DNA of 35,116 nt. Origin: Dimorphilus gyrociliatus (lineage: Eukaryota > Animalia > Annelida). Within the stretch, counting starts at the first letter, position 1. Each line of letters begins with the position of its first letter. Under the pieces are notes generated by a model. The model ran no database searches and was not told where the DNA came from. It saw only the letters and a list, made by a program, of their open reading frames with translations. A program made the translations under genes and the position numbers. Positions 22,316 through 34,377 of the stretch are shown here, piece after piece. The DNA lies in NCBI GenBank assembly GCA_904063045.1, contig CAJFCJ010000118.1, positions 1-35,116 of the forward strand, in the 5' to 3' direction.

Positions 22316-22413
22316 GGGATCAACAGAAAACGGACCCAACAGAAAACAGACCCAACAGAAAATGGCCACAAATCAACAGAAAACAGCCCCAACTGGAACA
22401 GAAAACAGCCACA
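22316..22413 (+). repeat. Left TIR of MULE 2, five 16-22 bp ACAGAAAA(C/T)(G/A)G(C/A)C units
   Basis: Read directly from the sequence; inverted relative to 24711-24836. Confidence 0.92.
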
Positions 22414-22605
22414 AAATTTCGAAATATACAATACTCATAAATTGAATAGAATAAGTTAATTTAAAATTTTTTTCTATTAGTTAGTAAATATTGGATGAAA
22501 AAATATTAAATTGTCCAGCAGTTTTTCCTAAGAGGTTGAATATTTTGCACTATTTTTAAATTCCTGCCAATAGGTTAAAGCAGCTCAAAGGAGATTTTTG
22601 CCACA

Positions 22606-24581
22606 ATGCTACCATATTGTTTTGGATGTAAGAAAAAGATTAATAAGCTGACACAAGGTGTTTGTTCACTTTGTCATCATAAAGTCCATTGGGCTTGTTT
22701 ATCAGGTAAGATCCAAATTGATTTTAATGTAAACTAAGCTCTTTCTTTTGTAGATGGATTATGTTCTATATGTTCAAGTGTTGATAAAAAAAGAATCAGA
22801 ATTATTCTGAGCAAATGTGATGAAATTTTACAAGATAAATCTACCAATAAAGTCTCAAATGCTGAAAATATAGATCTAAATCATACAAGAGAAGAGATAG
22901 ATGTGCAAAATATAATAATGGATGTTGATCATGAAGAAGTGGTTACCCTTATTGAAACACTGAATTGTGATGCAGAGTACAGGCTTGTTGATAATCTTAG
23001 TGAAAGCAGCCCTCTGCATGGAAATACATTACATTTGAATGAGAATGATATCAATATGGAGGAGTCCTTTGAAAGTATAACAGAGGTGAACTATGACAGC
23101 AATGGTAAATTCAGAATATTCCCTACAGGAAGTCAAAAAGGCAAAGAATTACTTGTATCTAATGGTCATTCATTTGTTGTCAAAAGAAAAGACAAGACTT
23201 CCATAATTTGGAGATGTGGAGTTAGAAGCAAGAAATTGAAATGTCCTGCCAGTGTTATTCAAAGAAATAATAACTTCTCTTTGGGGTCTAAATGACATAT
23301 TCACCCCCCCAAAAAAAATTTAGAACAAATTATTGAAATGAAAGTGACAGCAAAACAAAAAGGAAAGACTGACACCAATGTTAGTGGAAAACAAATAGCT
23401 GGAAATGTTCTGCTTCATTTTGCAAATATGGGAAATATTGTAAAAGTTGAAAATTGCAAAGAAATGATAAATTACCATAGAAGAAAAAATCGTCCCAATG
23501 AACCTATTGGAAGAAACTTTCTTATTAATAATTGCTTCATTCCTGATGATTTCTTAAAACAAGATGTCCTTGAAAATAATGAAAGAGTGATTATTTTTTC
23601 CACTTCAAAACAACTTAGCTTACTTGCAGTGTCAAAAGTCTGGTACTTAGATGGAACTTTCAAGATTGTTAAGGAGCCATTTACACAGTTATTTTCATTT
23701 CACTCATTCCTCAAAAAAGAAGGTGAATTAAAACAGGTTCCTCTTCTATATGCATTCATGATATCAAAAAAGAAGAAAGCATATAATCTGTTATTCAAGG
23801 TAGTTCAACTTGAAATTTTCTCTGAAATGCATTTAATATTCATTTCACTGTTTTTCAGTGCATTAATCAACTGCTACAATATAAGGAACCAAAAAAGATA
23901 GTTATGGATTTTGAAAAAGCTGTTTGGAAAGCTATATTAAATAATTGGGAAAATGTAAATCTGTCAGGATGCTTATTCCATTGGAATCAAGCAGTTTATA
24001 GAAAAATTCAGGTATTATTCAACCTAAAACTCAAACTGGAGTCATTTTTAATTTTGTTTTTTTAGGAGCTTGGTTATTCATCAGACTTCAACAAAAAAAA
24101 TGGACAATGGTTTGAAATGAGACAGCTAATGGCTTTGCCATTCCTTCCATCTCACATTATTCCAATAGAGTTTATTAAAAATAAGGATTACCTTAAATCA
24201 ATTGATAAACTTGCTGATTTTATTGATTATTTTGAAAGAACTTGGATTTTGAATGATGTTTGGTCACCAAAATGTTGGTCTATCTATCAATGTGCAATCA
24301 GAACAAATAATGATGTTGAGGGATTTCACAATAGGTTGAATGGAAATGTTGGAGTGAATGTTTCATTTTATTCTGTGATAGATGAATTGAAAAGGGAAGC
24401 AGACCTTATAGCAGCATATCAAAGAATGTTATCAGAAAAGAAGATATTAAGATACAAAAGAAAGCTTTATAAGAACCTGCAAAATAAAATATTTTCAATT
24501 TGGGAAAGATTTGAAAAGCATGAGATTACTTCATCAGAAGTTCTACTAAAGTGTTCTGAACTTTACTTAGTAGCTCAATAA
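22606..24581 (+). pseudogene. Four-exon PHD-FLYWCH-MULE transposase, full length except for one in-frame TGA
   Basis: Exons 22606-22705, 22754-23799, 23860-24011 and 24066-24581 splice in frame at GT-AG. Motifs: MLPYCFGC...GVCSLCHHKVHWACLS|DGLCSIC; FLYWCH; WYLDGTFK; VMDFEKAVW...GCLFHWNQA; RTNNDVEGFHNRL. TGA at 23293-23295 aligns with Ser in MULE 1. Confidence 0.9.
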
Positions 24582-24710
24582 ATAAATCAATTGTTGTTAA
24601 ATTGCATGATCTTTTAAGTTGTAGTCTCATAAAGTATTCAACTGTTCAAATAAACACACTTTCAAAATTTGATTCATTTCTTGTTTTATATATTTTAGGT
24701 TGAAGAATCC

Positions 24711-24836
24711 TGTGGCCATTTTCTGTCTCAGTTGGGGCCGTTTTCTGTTCCAGTTGGGGCCGTTTTCTGTTCAAGTTGAGGCCATTTTCTGTTGATTTGT
24801 GGCCGTTTTCTGTTGGGGCCGTTTTCTGTCATATTC
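24711..24836 (-). repeat. Right TIR of MULE 2, six units of the same motif
   Basis: GGCCGTTTTCTGT-type units; reverse complement of the left-end motif. Confidence 0.92.
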
Positions 24837-25504
24837 GTTTATTCACATTATTTTTTTAGAATTACTTGGATATGGGAAAAATACCATCTGCAAAGGACAG
24901 TTGAGCTATGAGCCTGAGTACTATTTAGTCTATCTTGGATTTTTTCTCCCTTTAAATTGTGGAGGTTTAAATTTATGTAGATAGATGTTAGGACTTTTAG
25001 GTTTTAATACAGCATTGTGTTCAATATTTCATTTTATTTATACTATTTTCAATTAACAGATATCTAACAAATTTTCCAAGGTAAAATATGTCAGTTTTAT
25101 CATTACTGTCTTTTTTCACAGTACAATTTGACACTGTTAAATAGTATTTCTTCTTCGTACCTCGTATTTCCTTTATAAGAGAAATACAATTATTTTTATT
25201 AGAAATTAGAATGAAAGCAGAATAAATAATACAAATTGTGAAATTCTTTTAGGTTAATAGGTCAAGGTTAAAGTAACAGCTAACTATATAACTTACCTGT
25301 TTTACATATTCTATAGAAATTTTTCCATCAAAAAGAGAAGTTATGTTCATGACAAAGTAGAATTGCCTTTACAACACTTCTTATACATTTGAAAAATTTG
25401 TATTGATAGAACAAATCTTTTGTACACGAAAGATCTTCTATAGTAGCCTTATTGTTGTAAGTTGCTAAATGAGAAGTTTTCAACTTTCTAACAAATTTTG
25501 AACC

Positions 25505-27300
25505 TTATAAAAGAGATTTATCAACAATTTGATTCGCATTTAAATTTAGAGACATACATGATATTCTTATTGAATTTTCTGCATCATGCTTTATCTTGCT
25601 TTCTCTCTGACTAATTTTGCAGTTTCTCTTCTTGATGTATGATTGTAGTTTGCCAATTGAAAGTAATAATGGATTTATCATAAATATTAATAAAGCAATG
25701 TTGAACAACATGTATAGATTTGTTCTTTTAGTATATTTTTGTTGAACTTTTTGAACAGTTGCTAAACAATTAAAACAATATACAAATGTTTATAAATCAA
25801 AGAATGAATGTGATGACAAACTAAAAATGGCGACTAGAATCCAACTAACATCATTGATTAAGGCAAAGAGAAAGTATTTATTGGATATGTAATCACTTTT
25901 GGCTGAATTAAAGTATTTGGAGAAATTATTTATATAAGAGAATTGTTAATATAAAACTTCCAATACTTCCAAGTACATAATTATGTCGAAGAGAAATGAA
26001 AAGTAATACCTGTTTGTCCCTTTTTCAATGTAATCCCATAAATTATATGAGCATAGTGACGATAGAGAGATTCATACTTTCTCAAATGATAGAGTCAGGT
26101 TAAAGGGTTGTCACAGTTGAAAATTAAACCTACTTTCACTAATACCAGTGGAAGAAATGAGCATACAATTGACAAAACACAGTTAATAACTATAGCAGAA
26201 GTGATATATTTCCAAGTAAAATTTGGTTTCATTGGCATTTAATAGCTAAATATCTATCTAAATTGATTAGCAAATAATTTCCACCAACAAAAAGGAATAA
26301 ACAGCAAGAAGCAAATGATGGAATTGAACAAAAAATTCCAGTTTTCCATTCATAATCATATTCAAAGAAACTTTTTGAATATTTATAAGATACAGACAGA
26401 CAGTAGAGTTAGAACATATATGAAAAAAACAACATTTCCTACAATGGCCAATATTGAAAATATATCTGACATTTTATGACTGGTAATGATAAAAAATAAT
26501 AGTATTACAGCATTTGCGATAAGACAGCAAACATTCAACAGAGTACAGCTCAGTGTTAAGACAATGAAATTTTTTCAATTTTGATAATGGATTCTTTGAT
26601 AGATCTAAATATTGTAGTAAACTACTTCCGGTCAATAGAGTAACATCTTCCATATTGGCATTTTGCAAAGTAAGATATATGATATTGGAGTATAGAAATA
26701 TTGTTTGAATGAATCCAATGGAGTATTAGTAACATTTAATTGGATTAAGCTCAACCACAAAATGCTTTTGTTGAATTTTAAAAAGTTACTTAATTTTAAC
26801 ATTTTAAGAAAACTTTTCTGTTGAAATATTTGTAAATTCAACACTTTTTGACTGTTCAAATTTGAATTGCATTCAACACTGAATCGATTTGGGCATGGAC
26901 AACTTTCAATGCACATCTCTTTGTTAGGACAAAAAACTTTGTCATTCATATTTAAACAATTTATTTTTTGATTGCAAACTCTGAAAACTGGAATGAATTT
27001 TTTCTCATTTTTACATTTAAAATAACCAATTGGATTAAAATTATCTAATTGAAGAGAACAATGAGGAAATCTGTAAAGAATTTACAAAAAGATAAAAATC
27101 CTTACTGCAACCAACTTCATCATCACCATACCAACAATGATTTATTTGATCGCATACTTGCTCAACAGAAATGCAGTAGGCTTGATATTTACATAAGTAT
27201 TCTCCTGGATCACATTGGGAAATATTACAATTGGTGAGGTCCATGTATTCAAGAAGATTTATAACCTAAATATTATTTTATTGAAATAATCACTGAAAAT
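25505..27300 (-). CDS. LDLa-LRR-7TM class A GPCR (RXFP/GRL101-like), divergent or partly disrupted; 5' end undetermined
   Basis: LDLa CDPGEYLCKYQAYCISVEQVCDQINHCWYGDDEVGC; Cys cap CIESCPCPNRFSVEC; LRR LQYLDLSKNPL; TM1-like LAIVGNVVFF; WKTGIFC...LLINLDRYLAI (DRY 26250-26258); TM6-like INDVSWILV; TM7-like FMINPLLL. Frames are broken by introns and indels. Confidence 0.72.
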
Positions 27301-28520
27301 CTTTATATTCATTCAACATACATTCCAATGTTCTATTCTTTTCCATTTGATGCAATCTATGATAAGAATTTTCATATTATCTGAACAATTTATGAAAATA
27401 ATATCAATAACTTGAGCAATTTTAAACAATTTACAGTCTCTTTAATATAATGTTTAAATTTTCTAAACACTTCAACTTGCTTTATGTAATAATATAATCT
27501 AAAGAAATCATTCAAGAGAATATACAATTATATGAATCTAATACTGTGTTACAGATTTGATAAAATTCTAATTTAATCAACATTTTTGAGTCTGGGAGAA
27601 TTCTTTTGGTGTTTAACCCTAACCCTAACCCATCAGTTATCAAGATTCTCTTCACTTTAATCTTCCTAACCCTCAGTTCAGTCCTACTCCAACTGAAAGA
27701 GATCAAAATGAAAATTTTCCTGACCCTAGAAATGTCCAAAATCTAGCCTACTTGGATTTATAATCACAAACTGAATTAAGTTGGATGCATTTCAAATTAC
27801 AAATTACATGGGAAATATTTTCCAATGCATAGGCCTACATTTTGTCAATAACTTATTATCATCAATAGAGAGAAAAAATTTTTTATATTTTATAAATTGT
27901 CTTCTAAATAGATCTTTCACATTGATTTCTATTGATCAAGTTTTTTATCCACTAAAGATATTCTTTACGTAAATGACATATGAATTATTAATATCATTAT
28001 AAGTTTCAACATTTAAACAGCAAGCAATAACTCCAATAATTATGATCGGAAAATAATAATCAAATAAGTTGTTAGGGGAAACACTCTTGCTTTTAAATCC
28101 TAGTTCAAAAAATCATAAACTTGCTCTGATGGGATAGGGAAATGTTCATAAAAAATACGGTTTCTTTTTTAATAACAGCCTATTTGCCTTTTCTTTTTCT
28201 TTTCTCATTTTTTTGCTTTTAAAACTTAATAATCATTTGAAATAAAAGTATGATTGTATTGTATTTGAAAATGGAGAAAGTAACAATGTAAATTCTCTAT
28301 AAAAAGATTAATGTGTTCAGTTTATTGTTCAATTTACTAAGATGGAATCAATGATTGTTTTTCTTGTCTATTTAACCAAATAAAAATTTTATAGTTAAGA
28401 TAATCCATTCTTCTTAAAAAAAGCTCTATGTTTATACTGAGACGCTTCATTAAATATACATGCAGCATATCTCTTTTGAAACTCTTCAGCTCACTCTCTC
28501 TCTCTCTCTTAGCAATAATT

Positions 28521-30749
28521 ATGCAATTATTGTCTATGATCATTTTGCTTGGTGAATAAAGTTTTGTTATTACTTTTGTTATGATTTTCATACGAATGAT
28601 ATATTTTTATTTTTACAGTTGTTCAGCATGGCAATTCGATAAATATTGCAAGGAATAAATTGGCCTTCCAAAGTACTTCTGCTGGTGATAATAGCAACCC
28701 TTTTCAACCATCTTATGCTACTGATTCTGAAATTATATATGATAATACTTTAACTGGGGTAGGATGTTTTCTAATATTCATTTTCTTAACTTTAAAAATG
28801 ATCTATCTTCAAAAACTATAGGTTAATTATAAATGCGCAAAAACTACCTCATTAGCTGGTGATTATTCATGGTTTACTGTTGATTTGGGCGATATATACA
28901 AGATTAATGAAGTTTGCCTCTTGAATGGCAAAGTTGGAACATCTTTAGAAAAGTTTAATATTAGTTTAGGAAACTTTCTAGAAGAAGATGAAACATCATT
29001 TTGTGCTTATGTACAAGGTCCAATAAAAAATTCAATTTCAACTTCCCACTCAGAATACGAGTGTTTTGAATGTATGGCAAACGCTATTGGTTCTTTTTTA
29101 AAATTAAAGAAAATAACGAAAGGAACAATTTTAGAACTTTGCGATATTCGTGTTTATGGTACTTTCTATAGTAAAACAGGTATTTCAGTAGATTTTTTTA
29201 ATGGTAGTTCATGTAAAAGTGAACAACCAATCTTTATACTTAAATAACAATTGTTACTTTAAAGAATACAGTACAATTGGTTATGAAGATGCAAAATTGA
29301 CAAGCAGCCCTTTGTTTGGAGGACATGGTCCAGCAAATGTAATTGATAATATAATCAGAACTGTTTATCATTCAAAAGCAAGCATTATCCAGCCATATTT
29401 ACTGATTACCTATCCACAACTGTACAAATTCTTTGCATTTGTTGTTATACGACGACAAAATGGAGGTAAAATATATACGTTTCCTATATTTTGTAGGAAA
29501 AGGTCTTGGTCGATAGTTTATATTAAGTTTGCTGGTTAGTGCACTCGATAAATTCTTTTTTTATTCTGTTTCCCTCATAGCCAACACCAATTCTCATACT
29601 TACGCCTCTGTAAAACTGAAACCAGATACAACTTACGAAAGTGATGCTAAATTTTGTTGCAAAGACAGACGACACATCAATCTAACACCATTCTCACCTT
29701 TATTAATAAAATGTGATGAGATATACGCTGGACAATACTTTCTAATTCAGCAATATCAAGCCGGAAGTAAATTACTAATCGAAATAATTGATTTATTTAT
29801 ATATGGTAAACCTATAAAGAAGCTTGAAGAGAATGGTTGCCTTCTATTTTATAAATACCATTTTGCAATTTAATAATACCAATTCTTTTTCCAATAGGGT
29901 TTTCCATAAATCAGAAAACTAGTGTAAAAGTTGTAGAAAAGGAAGGAGTACATCTCTCATCCAGTGAAATGACTTCATTGCTGGATAATAATTATTTTCA
30001 CTCATTCCCCAAAGTTCAAGTAGTAATGGATAACATAGTGGAAATCCAAACTGATCTAATCTATGTGAATACAATTTGCCTATCTTGTTGGTAACATGAA
30101 ATATCCTTTCAATTCTTATTTTTTTTTTTACAATTAATCTTATTCCTTGAATCAGTTGACAATGACCTAGCATCTAAACCAAGCGATACTATTGAATTTA
30201 TTGATTTCTTATCCAACAACTCAATATCTATTAGTATGGATGCAAATTATGATTATTGGCATACAAAATGTCAATCTTTGATGACAATATTTTCAAAATT
30301 TTGTAAAATTACAATGAAAAGTGGTAAATATTTACATGAAATTAATCTTTTGGCAATATCAGTCAAATCAACGGAATGTAAGTTTTAGAATATAGATAGA
30401 ATTACTTAATTAATGGTATCTTTACTTCGTTCTAATGGGAAAAGATATTCCAAAGGGCTGCGGGATGACGTCACCTTCGATTATCATCAATACTTCGAGT
30501 ATAGATAACATTTACAGAGACTCTTTCTTGGTTAGACATGCTGTTGAAAATGAAGACAAGAGTGTCATGGTCTTTAATTTAAAAGCGCCTTTGAGTACTA
30601 GTCACGTAATTTGTGATGTTATCACTTTACCGGAAGACAACATTTATCTACAAAATATGTCCTTCTTTCAATGCGATACAAGTGGGCAATATATTCAAGT
30701 ATCAAATTCAAATTTTGATAAAAGATCTCACCTTCATATTTATCTCTAA
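28521..30749 (+). CDS. Secreted protein with two F-type lectin (FTP, F5/8-like) domains and an unidentified C-terminal region
   Basis: Signal MQLLSMIILL|VVQHGNS. Introns 28552-28618, 28759-28821, 29204-29264 and 29836-29897 splice in frame. FTP motifs NIARNKLAFQS, CAKTT...SWFTVDLGDIYKINEVCLLN, LELCDIRVYG; second domain PANVIDN...YHS...PYLLITY...GQYFLIQ...EIIDLFIYG. There is a probable frameshift at ~29535. The exons after 30085 are less certain. Confidence 0.75.
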
Positions 30750-31978
30750 AAGTATCACGTGACAATGTTTTACTCACTAAGTGTTGTGGCATTTAATTGA
30801 AACATATTAGTATTTCATTAATAAAAACTATAGCCTACAAAACTAGTTTTATGCAAGAACATCCCGTGCTTGTATCATGGCTACCATCAAAGATGAAACT
30901 TTGCAGAGAAGTATAAACTGATAAAAAAATTTATTTTCTGATAACCATAGAAAATTCTCTACTTTTCTAGATTAAAATATTGAATTTGAGAGGATTTTTG
31001 AACAAGTTTCCACTATCAATACAAATATTTTCAGTTATTTTACAATCACAAAAACAAATTCTCCTTAAAGTGAGATTGACAAATACTTGAAAATCTATTA
31101 AGCAAAAATTCATGATTTGACTTTCCTGATATTGTCATTGTTGTTAAGCCGCCATTTACATTTGCAGTAGACCATTTAAATAGGCCTTGTTGAATCCAAG
31201 ACTTTTTCGATACAGTAATGTTTTATTTATCCTCTTTAGTGATAAAGGATTGAAATAGTCAGCACAATTATTTTCTGCTTTTGGACTATTTATTCTAAAT
31301 GTATCAAATGGATAGGAAGTCATTAAAGAACCAATTGACTTTCATATAGCAAATATTATTTAGACAAGTTCATGTTTTTATATCAAGCTATTGGCAGTAT
31401 ACCCATATTTCACAACTGTAATGTTTACATATTTCTTTTTAAAACATTTCAACTCATTTCTACAGTATTCATTCTAAAACCATTTAATCTTCTCTAATCT
31501 TATATAAAAAATGGTTCAGACTGAGTTTAGATTAGGATAAAACCACATAAGCACATTCGAAAATATTTATAAAGGCCTATAAAAATTTGAATTTCAAAAG
31601 ATAGTTTACCACAAACCTATATCTAAAACAAAATAAGTCCACATTCTTACACATTAACTTTTAACATATCCATGGAAAATTATGGAGATTTTTGCTGAAC
31701 ATGAAATTCTGATTCAAATCTGAGAATGTGTAATCTACTCTTTATGATGTCTATATGCCCTTAACACTGCATGGAAAATTTAGTCATAATTGAACAACAA
31801 ACTTTATTGCTTTCAAAAAATATGTACCCTTCAGAGGTTCTATTAAAAAATGAAAAAGGTTATTTTGAAGATAGAATTTTAAGTAAGACAAGGTTTAGGT
31901 CAGATATTAAAACAATTTTACCAGTTTACACTATTCGTTAGGAATATTAAGCAATAGAAAATTAGAGCAAGAGATTGG

Positions 31979-33495
31979 TTATGGTACATTCACAAAATTG
32001 GGTATGCACTTTTTTTTTGCATAGTTTTGTTTAGATACTTTGATATTTTGAGGGGTTTTAAAATATCATCAACATTAATCAGCCAACAATCTTCTTTGTT
32101 TCTTTCCACTTTTTCCCCCTTTATTAACTTGTTGTCAATGTCGATTGAAATGAACTTTGATCCAATTTTACCATCTCACTGAACTTCTGGATAAAATTTG
32201 TATCTCTTTTTCCCAATATCACCAATCAGTCCATTCATTTCTTGATAATCTTCAGTTGATAGTTTAAAGCTTACATCCAAATGAATTTCTGATGTATAGA
32301 TTTCTGAATTTGAATTGTTTTTCCATGATGTACTAAAGACGTATACCAAAATCAAATGTTATATCATCTCTAAGCTGTCCATAAATTTGAATACCACTTG
32401 AACTAAAACCACTAATATGTAAATAATCTCCAGGCGAGCCTATCATAACATATAGATTTTTTTAATAGACTTGAATAGTCCAAAACAACTTGTTTGAAAT
32501 GGGGATCCCCTGATGCAGAAGGCCATGGATCACTATTAGGAGCAAAATAAATTGGAATATCAACACTGAATATAAGAGTGTTGTCCAATTTTTCACAACT
32601 TAATCCCATCAGTATTGACTTTGTGGAACCAACTTTTGTAGCTACAACAGTATCATCATCATAACCAGAGAAAGTGTATTCAGATTTATCTAAACTTGCT
32701 TTATCAGGATTGGGGATGGAATAACTAAAAAAACACAAAATGCCTAAATTAACACTCTTGTTTCACTATATCATGGTATTATTTATGGAAAAAGTGATCA
32801 TTTTCAAAATAAATAAAAGTCATGCTGACTTACAATTGAGTTTATCTGAAGTTTGAACACCTAAAACAACTTTTCCTGATGATGCTTTGATAGTTGAAAT
32901 TTCCATTTCAGCACTTTGATATAGAGGAAAATCAGTAAAATCTAAGTCAGAAATTGAAGACAAAGTTTATATTAATAATTTTTGAGGGAGTAACATTCTT
33001 CATACCATTTTCTGTAAACATTATATATTTAATGTTGAAAGAAATTGAAGACATTTCATCAGCACATGTGAAACTCTGAGAAATCAATGTCTTTTCTGTT
33101 AATATTTCAAAATGCTTAGATGGGATACTGAGAAGGTTATAAGACTCAGTGATGTTTATAGATCCTCTAAAAAGCTCAATCCCATCAGGTTTTGTTACTT
33201 TGAATCTGAAAAAACATTTAATGAAATATCTAAAACCATTTTAAACTGAAAAACTTAATAGTAAATTCACTAACTCACAAGTAGGGGAGCCTGAATCTTT
33301 AGTTAGAACAACACTGGTTCCATCTTTTTTCAAATTTATAATCTCAAACTTTACCAAAAATTGAAAGGCACATAAATTAGCTGTAAAAAATGAGCAAAAC
33401 ATTAAGCAAAATGTTATTAAAATTATTATTTACAAACAAGAAAAGAGGCTAAGAAATCCTAATGCAAAAGCAGAACAATTTAGTTTGGTCTTCAT
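31979..33495 (-). CDS. Putative secreted protein with an inter-alpha-trypsin-inhibitor heavy-chain C-terminal-like domain
   Basis: Hydrophobic N-terminus MKTKLNCSAFALGFLSLFSC (ATG 33495) and several short open exons. GDPHF (32496-32510)...SICYD-GSPGDYLHI...GIQIYGQL and GLIGDIG match the ITIH C-terminal pattern. Frameshift at ~32437. Confidence 0.6.
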
Positions 33496-34377
33496 TTTTT
33501 TAATTTTGGATTTCTTTTTGTACTGAGACACCAGAATATATATATATTTATATATATTTGTAAACATAGACAACCTCTTGTTAAAAAAATACTTCTTTTC
33601 AACTAGGTTGGGTCTATTTTTTAATAAAAGAAAAATCTTTTGAAAAATTTTTAATTTAAACTGTCAGATTGTCATTTGTCAAGATCATTCAAAACTATAC
33701 CACACACACTTTTGGATAATTTTTTTTTCTTGTTTTCTATAACTTAAAAATTTGATATCTTTTACTCCTTTCTTTTTATTCTTACTGAGTAGTTTCAGTT
33801 TCTAATATTTTTATATTAATTCAATATTTAGCATTTGTCAGTTACATGCCTTAATTGTTCTATAAAAATTATGCAAGAGAACTCTCTTATTAATACCTTA
33901 TTGTAAAAATCTTCAACCATAAATCAAACATTTTGTATTGATAGAACAGACAATGCTGACACTATACATGACTACAAAGAAGTCTTCATGTTGAAGTTTT
34001 AAATGAAATTTGATTGGCTTGTGCAATTTGTTCACATTTAATATATTAAAATAACAAACTTTACCAGTTTTAATAAAACAAAAGAAGATATTTGATAGAT
34101 ATTTATAAACACTTGATTAGCTATTTCATAATTGATATTCCCTTCTCTTTCTTTGTGTCAATCTGTTTAGTTTCAATTAACTGTGGGTGTCTGTCAGAAT
34201 AACTTCTTTTAATTGATAATAATAATGATTAATACATAGAAACTAATATCCTTTATGAAAAATTATCAAAAAATTGTTTTTCTTTTATAAAATCCAGTTT
34301 AAGTAATTATACTTCAAAAAAGGGTTAGTTAGTTAAAAATGAGTCACTATCCAATTAAGCAAATATTTTTAGGTTCA

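Larger units (their letters stand above)
22316..24836 (+). mobile_element. Mutator-like (Phantom-type) DNA transposon, 2521 bp, subrepeat TIRs, 9-bp TSD
   Basis: TSD gtttattca at 22307-22315 and 24837-24845. Ends are built from ACAGAAAA-cored units in inverted orientation. A transposase gene lies inside. Confidence 0.95.

Noticed and set aside
22316-22413. CRISPR-like short repeats
   Set aside because: Spacers are nearly absent, the units are mirrored at 24711-24836, the context is eukaryotic and no cas genes are present. They are transposon TIR subrepeats.
11770-23295. Stop-codon reassignment suggested by in-frame stops in several genes
   Set aside because: The stops align with different residues (TAG with Trp, TGA with Arg and with Ser) and are single-base changes, which fits ordinary decay.
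27612-27631. Telomere-like (TAACCC)3
   Set aside because: Only about three units; too short to call an interstitial telomere.
19477-28510. Short (CT)n runs at ~19477-19497 and ~28491-28510
   Set aside because: Ordinary microsatellites.
31000-31340. Possible coding remnant on the minus strand
   Set aside because: Short open stretches in shifting frames with no domain signature; not enough to call.
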